A DNA stretch of 32,000 bases. It comes from Acaryochloris marina S15. Its GTDB lineage: Bacteria > Cyanobacteriota > Cyanobacteriia > Thermosynechococcales > Thermosynechococcaceae. The position numbers and the translations under genes are program-made. The stretch's first letter is position 1. Each line of letters begins with the position of its first letter. Shown in pieces: positions 1-9,050 of the stretch. The stretch spans positions 4,980,001-5,012,000 of the forward strand of contig NZ_CP064923.1 in assembly GCF_018336915.1 (NCBI RefSeq). Direction: 5' to 3'. Under the pieces are notes generated by a model. That model worked only from the letters and a program-made list of their open reading frames with translations, was not told the origin of the DNA and ran no database searches.

Positions 1-295
1 CGTACTAGGATATGGCCCATATTCACATCCAGAACCTTACAAGTTCCGACTATTCCAAAGTTTAGGATCAGCAGATTGTCCAGATTCCCCCAGTCTTTCT
101 GGCCCCTAGTGATCAACAGCGGAGTGAATCAACGATTTGCTGCCGCATGGCCTGATTAGAACTGATCACCCTGTCACCAAATAGCTCTCATTATTTCTGA
201 GGCCTTGCTTGAGAAGCGTTAAAAGCTTAGCGCCATTCGGAGGCTCATCCACTAGAGTAGAGGTGGACGCCTTTGCTAATGGATTCGGGCAAGCT

Positions 296-2479
296 GTGGC
301 ATACGAACCGCTGCATCATAAATATCGTCCCCAAGTATTTGCGGACTTAGTGGGACAAGATGCGATCGCAACCACGTTGACCAATGCGATCGAGTCCGAA
401 CGGATTGCCCCTGCCTACCTATTTACTGGTCCCCGAGGCACGGGAAAAACATCCAGTGCCAGGATCCTAGCCAAATCTCTTAACTGTCTAAATAGCCAGC
501 AACCCACACCCAGCCCCTGCGGTACCTGTTCCGTTTGCCAGGAAGTGGCCCTCGGTTCATCTCTCGATGTCATCGAAATTGATGCGGCCAGCAATACGGG
601 TGTAGATAATATTCGCGACTTAATCGAACGGGCACAATTCGCACCTGTTCAGTGCCGGTTTAAAATCTATTGCCTTGATGAAGTCCATATGCTCAGCACG
701 GCAGCATTTAATGCCCTGCTAAAGACCTTAGAAGAACCCCCAGATCGGGTGGTTTTCATCCTAGCGACGACGGATCCACAGCGGGTTTTACCGACGATTA
801 TTTCTCGCTGCCAACGATTTGACTTTCGACGAATTGCCCTAGATCCGATGATTCAGCATCTGACCTATATTGCTGAACAAGAATCGATTGCCATTACCTC
901 CACGGCTGTAGAGCTAATTGCTCAAGTCGCTCAAGGCGGGTTACGAGATGCGGAAAGTTTACTGGATCAGCTCAGCTTACTCGCGGGTGAAATTGATAAC
1001 ACTCAAGTCTGGGATTTAGTTGGTTCCGTCCCCGAACAGGCTCTCTTAGCCTTACTGCAAGCCATTATTGCGCAACAGCCCGCTTTGATGGTCGAGCGCA
1101 CCCATGCCTTGCTCGATCGCGGTCGAGAGCCCTTAACAGTCCTCCAAAATCTGGCTGGATTTTATCGGGATTTATTAATTGCCAAAACAGCTCCCGACCG
1201 TCGAGATTTAGTGGCCATCACGGCCCCGACTTGGACGGAACTCTGCCAAGTAGCTCAACAGTTTGAAGTCGAAGACATTCTGGCGAACCAACAACATCTG
1301 AGAAGTTGTGAAGGACAGATCAAAAATTCAACTCAACCTCGACTCTGGCTGGAAGTCTCTCTCCTCGGACTCCTGCCGAGAAAGGCATTACCCGAGGAGT
1401 CTCAACCCGTACAGCGTCCCCAGATTGAGGTCGGAACTGTACCTGCGATCGCAAGTTCTCCGGTCCCCATTGCTGCCCCAGTTTCAACTCCTAATCCTCT
1501 TCCAGTTCCGTCTCTACCAGAACCTGCGATCGCAACGACTCCAGTCCCCACTGCTGAAACCGTTTCAGCCCCTCATCCTCCTTCAGTTTCAGGAGAGACG
1601 GAATCTGCGATCGCAAATTCACTCCTCCCCGCGCCTCTCCCCACCCCAGATCCGCCTCCTTCTGTCATTCCGTCAACACCTGCCGCTGCTGTCCCCCCAG
1701 CTCCTGCCACCTCCTATCCAGACATTGAGTTTGACACACTCCAAGAACTAGAAAGCGCTATCCCCACCGTAGATGAAGAAAAAGAGGCTGAGGAGAGTCG
1801 ATCAGCACTGGATAATATTGCACCAGAGCCTCCCAGTAATCGTTCTGAGTCCTCCAAACTATCGATTACGCCTAGCGTACGAGAGCAACCTGGGCCAACA
1901 CCTATTCCTCAGCCCCCTTCACAAAAACCTACTGAGGCAGCCCCTCAAAGAGACCTCACAGACACTTGGCAGCAAGTATTACAGAACCTCAACTTACCGA
2001 GTCGAGCCTTATTAAAAGAACATGGTCAACTGTTGTATTGGCAGGGGCGAGAAGTTCGGGTCGGCATCCGCAAAACGCTACTGCGCTTGGCCCAAGGCAA
2101 AGTAACAGAACTGGAAGAAACCTTTGAGAAATGCTTTAATCTCAAAGTTAAAGTCACCTTGAAAGTACTCACAGAAGAGCAAATACGGACTCAGCCACAG
2201 GTCTCTGTATCTTTCAAATCCAATGCCCCCGTAACGTCACCCAAGCCTCCATCCACACCTCCCCCCCATAACCGAGAATCCCCAGTCGTAGCCCCCAGCC
2301 GAGAGGTGACAGAGGCTCCCTCTGCGACCGAACCACCCAGCTGGCAAACAACAACAGAAGATGATATGACATCAGCAGCTCGAAGCTTTGCCCAGTTTTT
2401 TAACGGTGCTTTTGTCGACCCAGAGCCGAAAGCCGTTGAAACCAAGGAGACCTCTGCCCCCCTTGAGAAAGACTCATAA
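296..2479 (+). CDS. dnaX: DNA polymerase III subunit tau/gamma (DnaX)
   Basis: Walker A GPRGTGKTS, DEVH box (CLDEVHML), SRC motif (IISRCQRF) and a Cys cluster (CLNS..CGTCSVC). The typical DnaX N-terminus AYEPLHHKYRPQ begins at an in-frame GTG at 296; the ORF is open from TTG 209. A long P/S/T-rich linker precedes a conserved C-terminal tau-like region. The ATPase core is uninterrupted, so there is no intein. Confidence 0.95.
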   Translation: MAYEPLHHKYRPQVFADLVGQDAIATTLTNAIESERIAPAYLFTGPRGTGKTSSARILAKSLNCLNSQQPTPSPCGTCSVCQEVALGSSLDVIEIDAASNTGVDNIRDLIERAQFAPVQCRFKIYCLDEVHMLSTAAFNALLKTLEEPPDRVVFILATTDPQRVLPTIISRCQRFDFRRIALDPMIQHLTYIAEQESIAITSTAVELIAQVAQGGLRDAESLLDQLSLLAGEIDNTQVWDLVGSVPEQALLALLQAIIAQQPALMVERTHALLDRGREPLTVLQNLAGFYRDLLIAKTAPDRRDLVAITAPTWTELCQVAQQFEVEDILANQQHLRSCEGQIKNSTQPRLWLEVSLLGLLPRKALPEESQPVQRPQIEVGTVPAIASSPVPIAAPVSTPNPLPVPSLPEPAIATTPVPTAETVSAPHPPSVSGETESAIANSLLPAPLPTPDPPPSVIPSTPAAAVPPAPATSYPDIEFDTLQELESAIPTVDEEKEAEESRSALDNIAPEPPSNRSESSKLSITPSVREQPGPTPIPQPPSQKPTEAAPQRDLTDTWQQVLQNLNLPSRALLKEHGQLLYWQGREVRVGIRKTLLRLAQGKVTELEETFEKCFNLKVKVTLKVLTEEQIRTQPQVSVSFKSNAPVTSPKPPSTPPPHNRESPVVAPSREVTEAPSATEPPSWQTTTEDDMTSAARSFAQFFNGAFVDPEPKAVETKETSAPLEKDS
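1442..1640 (+). repeat. In-frame tandem repeat, period 81 bp (27 aa), about 2.3 copies, each copy starting with a HIP1 site
   Basis: The G of HIP1 (cTGCGATCGCAa) falls at 1445, 1526 and 1607, exactly 81 bp apart. An ungapped hand alignment of copy 1 (1442-1522) against copy 2 (1523-1603) gives 57/81 identical positions. The copies encode PAIASSPVP.. / PAIATTPVP.. / SAIANSLLP.. Confidence 0.8.
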
Positions 2480-2484
2480 ATGGG

Positions 2485-3963
2485 TCAAGGTTGCGGCACC
2501 CATACAGAAACAGATCCAGCCTTGCAACAAAACTCCGCCCATCCCTCTTCATTCGTAGTCACAGGCTCTGGAATATGTTCCGTTACATCGACATAAGTTT
2601 GCAGTGGATTGCCCACCTCCATCCATTTGCGGCCAGCATCACCATTACTGATCACCACTGCCATGCCCCCCGGATGGTCCTGATCACCTAAGCGACTCCA
2701 ACCTATACAGTTAGCATGATCAAAATAATCATATTGATCGCCATAGGCATAGGTTCGACGGGCAGCCAAAAACTTATCAATTAACCATTGATGGCTATCC
2801 AACCAAATTTCATAGTCATTGCCATCCCGACCTTTATCCTGGTAGTGGGCTCCATAATAATCCGCATAAAAAATGCAGGGATAGCCATCCCGACGCAACA
2901 AAATTAGCGCATAAGCAAGGGGCTTGAACCAAGGCTCAACCACAGATTCTAGAGCTTGGAGAGGTTGAGAATCATGATTGTCGACAAGGGTGACAGCTAG
3001 GGCAGGCTGTTGTTTAATCAGGGTATCGTCAAAGATTTGGCGGAGGTCATAGTCACACCCCCGATTACTCGCAACAGTGAAGTTGTAATGCAAAGGGGCA
3101 TCAAAGAGCATGACATCACCCCCCGTCACTTTGACAAAGTGATGGAGCGCTTCAATTTCATCTGACCAATATTCACCGACGGCGAAGATCCGTTTCTCCG
3201 AATGTTGACGACAATGCTGGAGCCATTCTGGGAAAAAGTCAGCTTTCACATGCTTAACGGCATCAAAACGAAACCCATCAATATGGGTTTCGTTAATCAC
3301 CCATTCTCCCCAATGCTTGAGGGCATCCTTGACTTCAGGATGTTGCATATCTAGGTCACACCCCATTAGATAATCAAAGACCCCTTTTTCTAAGTCCACA
3401 TTGTTGTCAAATTTTTTATCTTTAAACAGATAAACCGCTTGCTGGTCATTGTTATAAGCGTTATAGTCCACTGCATCAAAGTGCCACCAATGCCACTCGA
3501 GGTCCGAGTACTTGCCTTGCCGACCTGGAAAGGTGAAATGGGTCCAGACTTTGACCGTTTGCATATCGCCAATGGGCTGGTACCGATTATCAGGATTCAT
3601 GGGTCGAGCCTGGGCTTCTTCTTCACCGTCAGCCCCCATCATGTGATTGAACACAACATCGGCATAGACATGAATTCCGGCTGCCTGGGCAGCCTCAATG
3701 GCTGCAATATATTCCTCTTTTGTCCCGTACTTAGTCCGAACAGACCCTTTTTGATCAAATTCACCCAAATCATAGACATCGTAAACGCCATAGCCCACGT
3801 CATACCCTCCTGATTGGCCCTTATAAGCAGGCGGCAGCCACACCGATGTGACGCCAACATGGGCAAGATCGCAGGCTTTAGTCTTCAACTCATTCCACAG
3901 ACTGCCATCAGCAGGGTTATACCAGTGAAAAAATTGCATCATTACGCCGTTGGGGTCGGACAT
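2485..3963 (-). CDS. Cytoplasmic alpha-amylase, glycoside hydrolase family 13
   Basis: All four GH13 conserved regions are present: DVVFNH, GFRFDAVKH, GEYW and VDNHD. The N-terminus (MQFFHWY..DGSLWNEL) resembles the AmyA / Bacillus licheniformis type. There is no signal peptide. Confidence 0.9.
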   Translation of the reverse strand: MSDPNGVMMQFFHWYNPADGSLWNELKTKACDLAHVGVTSVWLPPAYKGQSGGYDVGYGVYDVYDLGEFDQKGSVRTKYGTKEEYIAAIEAAQAAGIHVYADVVFNHMMGADGEEEAQARPMNPDNRYQPIGDMQTVKVWTHFTFPGRQGKYSDLEWHWWHFDAVDYNAYNNDQQAVYLFKDKKFDNNVDLEKGVFDYLMGCDLDMQHPEVKDALKHWGEWVINETHIDGFRFDAVKHVKADFFPEWLQHCRQHSEKRIFAVGEYWSDEIEALHHFVKVTGGDVMLFDAPLHYNFTVASNRGCDYDLRQIFDDTLIKQQPALAVTLVDNHDSQPLQALESVVEPWFKPLAYALILLRRDGYPCIFYADYYGAHYQDKGRDGNDYEIWLDSHQWLIDKFLAARRTYAYGDQYDYFDHANCIGWSRLGDQDHPGGMAVVISNGDAGRKWMEVGNPLQTYVDVTEHIPEPVTTNEEGWAEFCCKAGSVSVWVPQP

Positions 3964-4119
3964 AAGCGGTTAAATCCTCATTCAGAAGGCAATTTGCAGA
4001 TTTTCATCCCTAGATTCCAGGGAAAAATGTATCTGCATCCTAGCGTCAAAAATATTGTGAAGAGAGTAATGACATCAAGGCTCCGTCCGATCTCACGGTT
4101 GGCCGCTTATTTCCCAACT

Positions 4120-4158
4120 AAAAACCACCAAAGAAAAGCGTCTGCTTTGGTGGTTTTT
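4120..4158 (-). terminator. Rho-independent terminator downstream of acsF (symmetric, potentially bidirectional)
   Basis: Perfect 14-bp inverted repeat AAAAACCACCAAAG (4120-4133) / CTTTGGTGGTTTTT (4145-4158) with an 11-nt loop. It gives a U-run on either strand and lies 35 bp beyond the acsF stop. Confidence 0.7.
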
Positions 4159-4192
4159 GAAAGGATTTCAGGCTAGAGAAAACTACTGCACT

Positions 4193-5269
4193 CTAGCGAA
4201 TAGTGCCTTCTAGCTGTTCGGTAGGAATGGGCTTCATCAAATACAAACGTAAGAAGTTGAATCCGTTGGAGAGGAAGATAGGAAGCTTACGCAGAGTCTT
4301 GATGGCGTTAGGTTGCTCAGTAGCATCAATGGCTCGCAACTTCACACAGTTGTCCACACACTCTTCCAGATGACCATAGAAGCTAGGATGCTGGACATTC
4401 AGTACCAAAGGAAAGACACGACCTGCACTATCATTGGTTTTCTCAATCACATGCTTGTCGTACTCACGGGCATCTAGACCAATCGTGGCATAGAATCCAG
4501 AGCGCTGCAGGTCATTGAGGTACATGGTCACGAAGACAGACAGCAAGAAGAACCTTGCCCAAAGTCTGGCTTTCCAATCGTTGAGCAGCTGAGGCTGTGA
4601 CCGCATCAAGGCATCAAAGAAGTCGCCGTGACGGTTCTCGTCTTGGCACCAATTCTCGAAAAATTCGAAAATGGGATAAACGCAATCGTCTGGATTAGCA
4701 GCCAAGTGACGATAGATGGTGATGTAGCGCCAGTAACCGATCTTTTCAGAGAGGTAGGTGGCGTAGAAAATAAATTTAGGCTTAAAGAAGGTATAGCTAC
4801 GACTCTTGGTCAAAAAGCCCAAGTCTAAGGACAATTTGAAGTCCGTCATGGCCTTGTTGAGGAAACCAGCATGACGGGCTTCATCCCGAGACATGAGGTT
4901 AAACCCTTCAGCCAACAGAGGATTAATGGTCTTGAGACGACGGCCCAATTCTTTGTAGAGGAGGAAGCCGGAGAACTCCGCAGTACAAGACCGCTCTAGA
5001 AATTCGATAAACAAGCGTCGGGTTTCACCATCAATGTGATCCCAAGACTTGTCAAAGCGCTCATCACGAGTAAAGTGCTTTTGATTATAGTCAGCCTTAA
5101 ATTCGGCAATGATGGCTCGAATCTCATCTTCATTGACGGTGAGATCCATCTTGGCCATCTCGTCAAAATCAGTGGTGTAGAAACGAGGGGTAAGAACCGT
5201 TTCTTTGGCAGGAACTTTAATCCCGTCACGCAGTTCTTGGGGTTCTGGCTTTTTGAGGGTATCTACCAT
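4193..5269 (-). CDS. acsF: Mg-protoporphyrin IX monomethyl ester (oxidative) cyclase, AcsF/ChlA type
   Basis: Di-iron carboxylate motifs are present (..[10 protein letters not shown].., ..QDENRHGDF..) and the full length resembles AcsF/CHL27. The likely start is ATG 5269 (MVDTLKKPE), preceded by GAGG. The ORF track extends 14 codons further, to 5311. Confidence 0.95.
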   Translation of the reverse strand: MVDTLKKPEPQELRDGIKVPAKETVLTPRFYTTDFDEMAKMDLTVNEDEIRAIIAEFKADYNQKHFTRDERFDKSWDHIDGETRRLFIEFLERSCTAEFSGFLLYKELGRRLKTINPLLAEGFNLMSRDEARHAGFLNKAMTDFKLSLDLGFLTKSRSYTFFKPKFIFYATYLSEKIGYWRYITIYRHLAANPDDCVYPIFEFFENWCQDENRHGDFFDALMRSQPQLLNDWKARLWARFFLLSVFVTMYLNDLQRSGFYATIGLDAREYDKHVIEKTNDSAGRVFPLVLNVQHPSFYGHLEECVDNCVKLRAIDATEQPNAIKTLRKLPIFLSNGFNFLRLYLMKPIPTEQLEGTIR

Positions 5270-5455
5270 GGGTGCCTCAATGACTATAATTTGAACAAAT
5301 TTATCCCACAACAGAAGGGGGGAAACCCTTTGAGCGAAGAAGCTGCAATTGTTAAGAAACCACTATCCTAGCAGTTATTACTCTCAACTTAAATGCTAAC
5401 TCTGTAAGCAATATTACCTGAATGCCCGGTTGATGCAGGGCGCGAAGGCACCAAG

Positions 5456-5499
5456 CGTTACATTTCGCAAAAAGACTCGTTACATTTTGAAAAACATTA
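5456..5499 (+). promoter_or_regulatory. Two direct repeats (22-bp period) upstream of bioF; candidate operator or promoter element
   Basis: CGTTACATTTCGCAAAA (5456) and CGTTACATTTTGAAAAA (5478) match at 15 of the first 17 positions. They end 49 bp upstream of the bioF ATG. Confidence 0.3.
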
Positions 5500-5547
5500 C
5501 GAAGGACCACTCCTAATGTTGAACAACCTATTTCCAGAGGAGCTGTA

Positions 5548-6732
5548 ATGGCTCCTTACGATTGGATTGATTCAGCGTTAACCACGATTCATAAAGCCCA
5601 TTGGTATCGCTCTGTCAAAACCATGAGCAGTCCAGGTCCAACGACTGTACTAAACGGCCAGGAGGTAATCAATTTTGCCAGTAATGATTATCTCGGTTTA
5701 GCTGGAGATTCCAGGTTAGCGGCAGCTGCGATCGCAGCTATCAATACCTGGGGAACCGGCAGTACGGGTTCGCGGTTACTCAGCGGTCATCGGGTCATTC
5801 ATGAGCAGTTGGAAGGTGCGATCGCAACCTGGAAACAAACTGAAGCTGCCATTGTTTATAGCTCAGGCTATCTCGCCAATATCGGCACCATTACGGCCTT
5901 AGTCAGTGGACGAGATTTGGTCCTGGCGGATGCCTACAACCATGCCAGCCTCAAAAATGGCGCACGTCTAAGTGGGGCCACCATCCATGAATTTGGCCAT
6001 GCCAATGTAGCAGAGTTGCGATCGCTCCTAGAAACCCATCGCTCCCACCATCGTCGCTGCCTTTTGGTGACCGATAGCGTCTTTAGTATGGATGGCGATT
6101 TATGCCCATTGCCGGAACTGATTGCCCTGGCTGAAGCCTATGACTGTATGCTCCTGATTGATGAAGCCCATGGGACTGGCGTTCTAGGGGCAACAGGGGC
6201 AGGCTGTGTAGAGCATTTTGGTTGTCGTGATACTGAACTCATCCAAATGGGGACGTTGAGTAAGGCATTAGGCAGTTTAGGAGGCTATGTGGCGGGTTCC
6301 GCCAAGCTGATTGATTACCTGCGCAATCGATCTACAAGCTGGATTTATACGACGGGACTCTCACCCGCAGATACGGCAGCAGCGTTGGCGGCGGTAGAGA
6401 TTATTCGAGAGGGGAATGAGTTGCGATCGCAACTTTGGCAACGGGTCAATCAGCTCAAGCAAGCCCTCTCCACCCAGCTTGCCCCTGAAGACGAACATCT
6501 AAACATGCAGCTCTTGCCCTCAAAGTCACCGATTCTTTGCGTGCAAATGCCCACACCTGCAGCCGTTTTGGCGGCCAGCCAGCAACTCCTTGATCAAGGG
6601 ATTTTTGCCCCAGCCATTCGCCCACCCACAGTCCCCACTAGTCGAATTCGGGTTTCGGTAATGGCCACCCATCAGCCGGAACAGATTGATCAGCTTATCG
6701 TTGCCTTAGGTGAGATAGCTCAGGGCAGCTAA
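5548..6732 (+). CDS. bioF: 8-amino-7-oxononanoate synthase
   Basis: Class II aminotransferase fold with the PLP-lysine motif GTLSKALGS, plus DEAHGTG and SNDYLGL motifs typical of BioF/KBL. The length is 394 aa. Confidence 0.92.
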   Translation: MAPYDWIDSALTTIHKAHWYRSVKTMSSPGPTTVLNGQEVINFASNDYLGLAGDSRLAAAAIAAINTWGTGSTGSRLLSGHRVIHEQLEGAIATWKQTEAAIVYSSGYLANIGTITALVSGRDLVLADAYNHASLKNGARLSGATIHEFGHANVAELRSLLETHRSHHRRCLLVTDSVFSMDGDLCPLPELIALAEAYDCMLLIDEAHGTGVLGATGAGCVEHFGCRDTELIQMGTLSKALGSLGGYVAGSAKLIDYLRNRSTSWIYTTGLSPADTAAALAAVEIIREGNELRSQLWQRVNQLKQALSTQLAPEDEHLNMQLLPSKSPILCVQMPTPAAVLAASQQLLDQGIFAPAIRPPTVPTSRIRVSVMATHQPEQIDQLIVALGEIAQGS

Positions 6733-6783
6733 ATCAGGTTAAGCAATAACTCTTGTCCTCAGTGATAGAAAGTATTTTCCCGA

Positions 6784-7203
6784 CTAGAGCTGGCTTAAGA
6801 GTTCAGTAGGGGAGTAAATGGGAAGCTGGCTGCTAATGAAATCTTTTGAATCACGGGTAACGATGCCATCCAATTGATTGAGGAGTGCGCAGGCAAGTTG
6901 AATACTGTCTTCAAAGTCTTTTAGCCCAAGACCGAGAGCAGTTTCGACTGTCTGGCGATCAACAGCACAAAATTGGAGACCGATCAGGAGTCGATGGACA
7001 GCAGAGATGGCAGCTTCACGACTTTCTGATTTACGGATGATGTAGAAAATATTGGTCAGGGTTGTTGCAGCAATTGCACCTACTACGTGACCGAGTTCAA
7101 TTTGCTCAAAGAGAGCAATTGCATTCTCGACAAAGGGGTCGCGTTCCAGGAGTACATCTAGGACAACATTGGTATCGATGAGAACTTTCACACGAAGGCT
7201 CAC
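6784..7203 (-). CDS. vapC: PIN-domain ribonuclease toxin (VapC family)
   Basis: The N-terminus VLIDTNVVLDVLL carries the PIN acidic residue, and there is a C-terminal VTRDSKDF motif. The GTG start overlaps the upstream antitoxin stop by 4 nt (GTGA). Confidence 0.85.
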   Translation of the reverse strand: MSLRVKVLIDTNVVLDVLLERDPFVENAIALFEQIELGHVVGAIAATTLTNIFYIIRKSESREAAISAVHRLLIGLQFCAVDRQTVETALGLGLKDFEDSIQLACALLNQLDGIVTRDSKDFISSQLPIYSPTELLSQL

Positions 7204-7439
7204 TGATATTTTTGGGTGAGATAATCTGTGTATTCTGCTTGCAATTCATGATCGCTAGAAGCTGCTTTAGGCCCCTTGGCGATACCCCGCAGTCCGGTAA
7301 GCGTCCCAGGCGGGATAGCCTGCGATTGAGAACTATTGAGCTGCTTATGATGGAGAAATTCGGCGAAGTTGAGGACTTCGTTGACTTGGCTTTCTGGGAG
7401 AGATTGAATAAGTTCGTAGAGCTTTTCTGCGGCTGTCAT
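7200..7439 (-). CDS. Antitoxin of the VapBC pair (DUF2281-like)
   Basis: A 79-aa protein whose N-terminus (KLYELIQSLPESQVNEVLNFAEFLHHKQ) resembles DUF2281 antitoxins. It is translationally coupled to the PIN gene. Confidence 0.7.
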   Translation of the reverse strand: MTAAEKLYELIQSLPESQVNEVLNFAEFLHHKQLNSSQSQAIPPGTLTGLRGIAKGPKAASSDHELQAEYTDYLTQKYQ

Positions 7440-7481
7440 GATGCTCGGCAGGTAGGTGGGGTAGTACTCATAATTATGGCT

Positions 7482-7505
7482 AAAGTTTTATGGATGGAAA
7501 ACTTT
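7482..7505 (-). promoter_or_regulatory. Inverted repeat upstream of the vapBC pair; candidate autoregulatory operator
   Basis: AAAGTTTT (7482-7489) and AAAACTTT (7498-7505) form 8-bp arms with an 8-bp spacer, 43-66 bp upstream of the antitoxin start. A separate 10-bp palindrome CGAAATTTCG lies at 7551-7560. Confidence 0.25.
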
Positions 7506-7583
7506 TATAGGAGCATTGCGCTGTTTTCAAGAGAGATCGTTCAGTATTTACGAAATTTCGAAACACTCCAAGTACAATATTGC

Positions 7584-7883
7584 TCATGATCCGGAGCTTT
7601 CGTTAGCTTTCGAGGCTCCACGATAATATTTTTGCCCAGAAATAATGAATTTCTCTACTTTACGCCAACCTTGTTTGTCAGATCTTTTTGGAGCTTTAAA
7701 GTCTAAACCCATTGAATAGGTCTGACCTCCACAATCAGGGCACTTGTACAAGCGGGAATTAGTTTGCTCTGCTTCCTTCCACTGCCCATTCTGCTGGTCA
7801 TTAGTCATGTAACGATTCGTCGCACCACTAGCTTGTGGACGCTTAAACGATTTTCGACATGTAAAACAAGCAAACTGCAACAA
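7584..7883 (-). CDS. Small basic zinc-ribbon protein, function unknown
   Basis: 99 aa with a TTG start. Two CxxC pairs (CFTC near the N-terminus, CPDC at about residue 48) are followed by a K/R-rich segment (DFKAPKRSDKQGWRKVEKF). I recognise no enzymatic motif. Confidence 0.55.
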   Translation of the reverse strand: MLQFACFTCRKSFKRPQASGATNRYMTNDQQNGQWKEAEQTNSRLYKCPDCGGQTYSMGLDFKAPKRSDKQGWRKVEKFIISGQKYYRGASKANESSGS

Positions 7884-8049
7884 ACTATCCTTTCCTAGAA
7901 TAAAAGCCTAAGGATTGAGAACATCTAACAGTCATTCAATGATATTGAGTGAACTTATGCAGATAACGTCACCGTTAAGCTGCACTCTTAGACAAATAGC
8001 TCTCACTTCACCGGAAAATCTCAAACAACATTCATATCAATCCAGATCC

Positions 8050-8301
8050 TCAAAAGAGATACTTATCCATCCGCCGCTGTTCTAGCAACATAGCCACATC
8101 TTGGTCAGTTGGTGCCAGTTTCTCTGTTTGAAGCAAACCTCGCATTCTTTGAGCAGCAGCGGCACGCTCAGGAGTAGAAACAAGGGAGTCATGAAGGGAT
8201 TCGACGATTGCCGTAACTAGTGCAAGGCGGTCGCTCGGTGGCAATTTGAAGACTTCGGCTTTTAATTCGGATAACAACATCGGCTTCAAAGCTTCAATCA
8301 T
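8050..8301 (-). CDS. Putative addiction-module antitoxin component (TIGR02574-like), with no adjacent toxin
   Basis: The N-terminal segment LLSELKAEVFKLPPSDRLALVTAIVESLHDS matches the Lxx..R..L...L..SL pattern of this antitoxin family. The 166 bp downstream have stops in all minus-strand frames. Confidence 0.55.
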   Translation of the reverse strand: MIEALKPMLLSELKAEVFKLPPSDRLALVTAIVESLHDSLVSTPERAAAAQRMRGLLQTEKLAPTDQDVAMLLEQRRMDKYLF

Positions 8302-8447
8302 GCAGGCTTATAGTCCATGATATTGCTGAATAGCCTTACCGATCCAGCCTTGCTTTCATATTGGATATCACGGGAAAATAAGCAAGGAAGTCTGTTATGA
8401 CCAGCTTAATGAAGCTCTGAAAGACAAAAAACTTGGGAGACAACGTT

Positions 8448-8900
8448 CTAAGGACGTTTTTTGACAAATTTCATCTCTCCTTGGAAATCACCCTCGGACT
8501 CAACGCCGATTGGAATCCAGTTGAGATGTAGATAAAAACCATAGGCTCTGAAATTCGGGTTATTGCCTGTGACTAACCAAATCTCTTCAATTTCTTTTGC
8601 CCAGAACCAAGTTTCAGTAACTTGCATTAGGGTACGTCCAGCTCCCCGCCCTTCAAAAGTAGGGCGGACGAACATGCCAACTATCGTTTTTTCTGTGGCA
8701 CTGGCAATGGAGAAGCCAATCGCTTGATCATCAATCTCAGCAATCCATGCACAACAGTCCGTCTCTAACATTTTGGTGACTGACTCTGGCGTAATACCCA
8801 GTTCAGCAATCTCTTCTCGGGATTGATAATTTTCGACAACGCTGGTTCGAATCTCAAACAGCGTCTCGACATCCTTCGGTTGAGCAATGCGGATATTCAT
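8448..8900 (-). CDS. GNAT family N-acetyltransferase
   Basis: 150 aa with an acetyl-CoA binding motif (VRPTFEGRGAGRTLM) in a GNAT-like beta-alpha arrangement. Confidence 0.85.
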   Translation of the reverse strand: MNIRIAQPKDVETLFEIRTSVVENYQSREEIAELGITPESVTKMLETDCCAWIAEIDDQAIGFSIASATEKTIVGMFVRPTFEGRGAGRTLMQVTETWFWAKEIEEIWLVTGNNPNFRAYGFYLHLNWIPIGVESEGDFQGEMKFVKKRP

Positions 8901-9050
8901 ATTGTCTTTCCTGGCTTTTGCCCTAGCCTCGGCCTAGCAGTATAGCGATTGAATTCAGCGTTGATTAACAGCTTTAGCGTTCAATTCCTTGATTCCTAAT
9001 CCTGATCTCATTGCTTCAATCTTGCATCACTCTGCACGTGCAGGGCCAAG

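Noticed and set aside
1308-2015. Alternative-frame ORFs inside dnaX (1308-1751 and 1773-2015), and the possibility of a gamma-subunit frameshift site or an intein as known for some DnaX genes
   Set aside because: The alternative-frame ORFs are low-complexity read-through of the Pro-rich repeat region with no start context. I see no A-AAA-AAG-type slippery heptamer with a downstream hairpin; the only A-run is GAAAAAG at about 1776. The ATPase motifs are contiguous, with no Cys/Ser...HN intein insertion.
3390-4176. Antisense and overlapping ORFs of 60-124 aa within and upstream of the alpha-amylase gene (3390-3572, 3439-3813, 3639-3866, 3814-4176)
   Set aside because: They lie opposite or out of frame to a strongly supported GH13 CDS, have no motifs, and 3814-4176 runs through the acsF terminator. 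They are typical shadow ORFs.
5404-5417. NtcA-like site TGTA-N8-TAC (cTGTAagcaatatTACc) in the acsF-bioF intergenic region
   Set aside because: GTA-N8-TAC is expected about 8 times by chance in 32 kb. I could not place a convincing -10 box at the correct distance for either divergent gene, and neither gene is an obvious nitrogen-regulon member.
8050-8900. The GNAT (8448-8900) as the toxin of a GNAT/RHH-type TA pair with the antitoxin-like gene at 8050-8301
   Set aside because: In known GNAT TA pairs the antitoxin is a DUF1778/RHH protein encoded immediately upstream and overlapping. Here the candidate is downstream, 146 bp away, and belongs to a different antitoxin family.
9031-9043. 12-bp perfect palindrome CTGCACGTGCAG downstream of the VOC gene
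   Set aside because: It has no loop and no flanking U-run, so it is not a terminator, and an isolated short palindrome has no supporting context.
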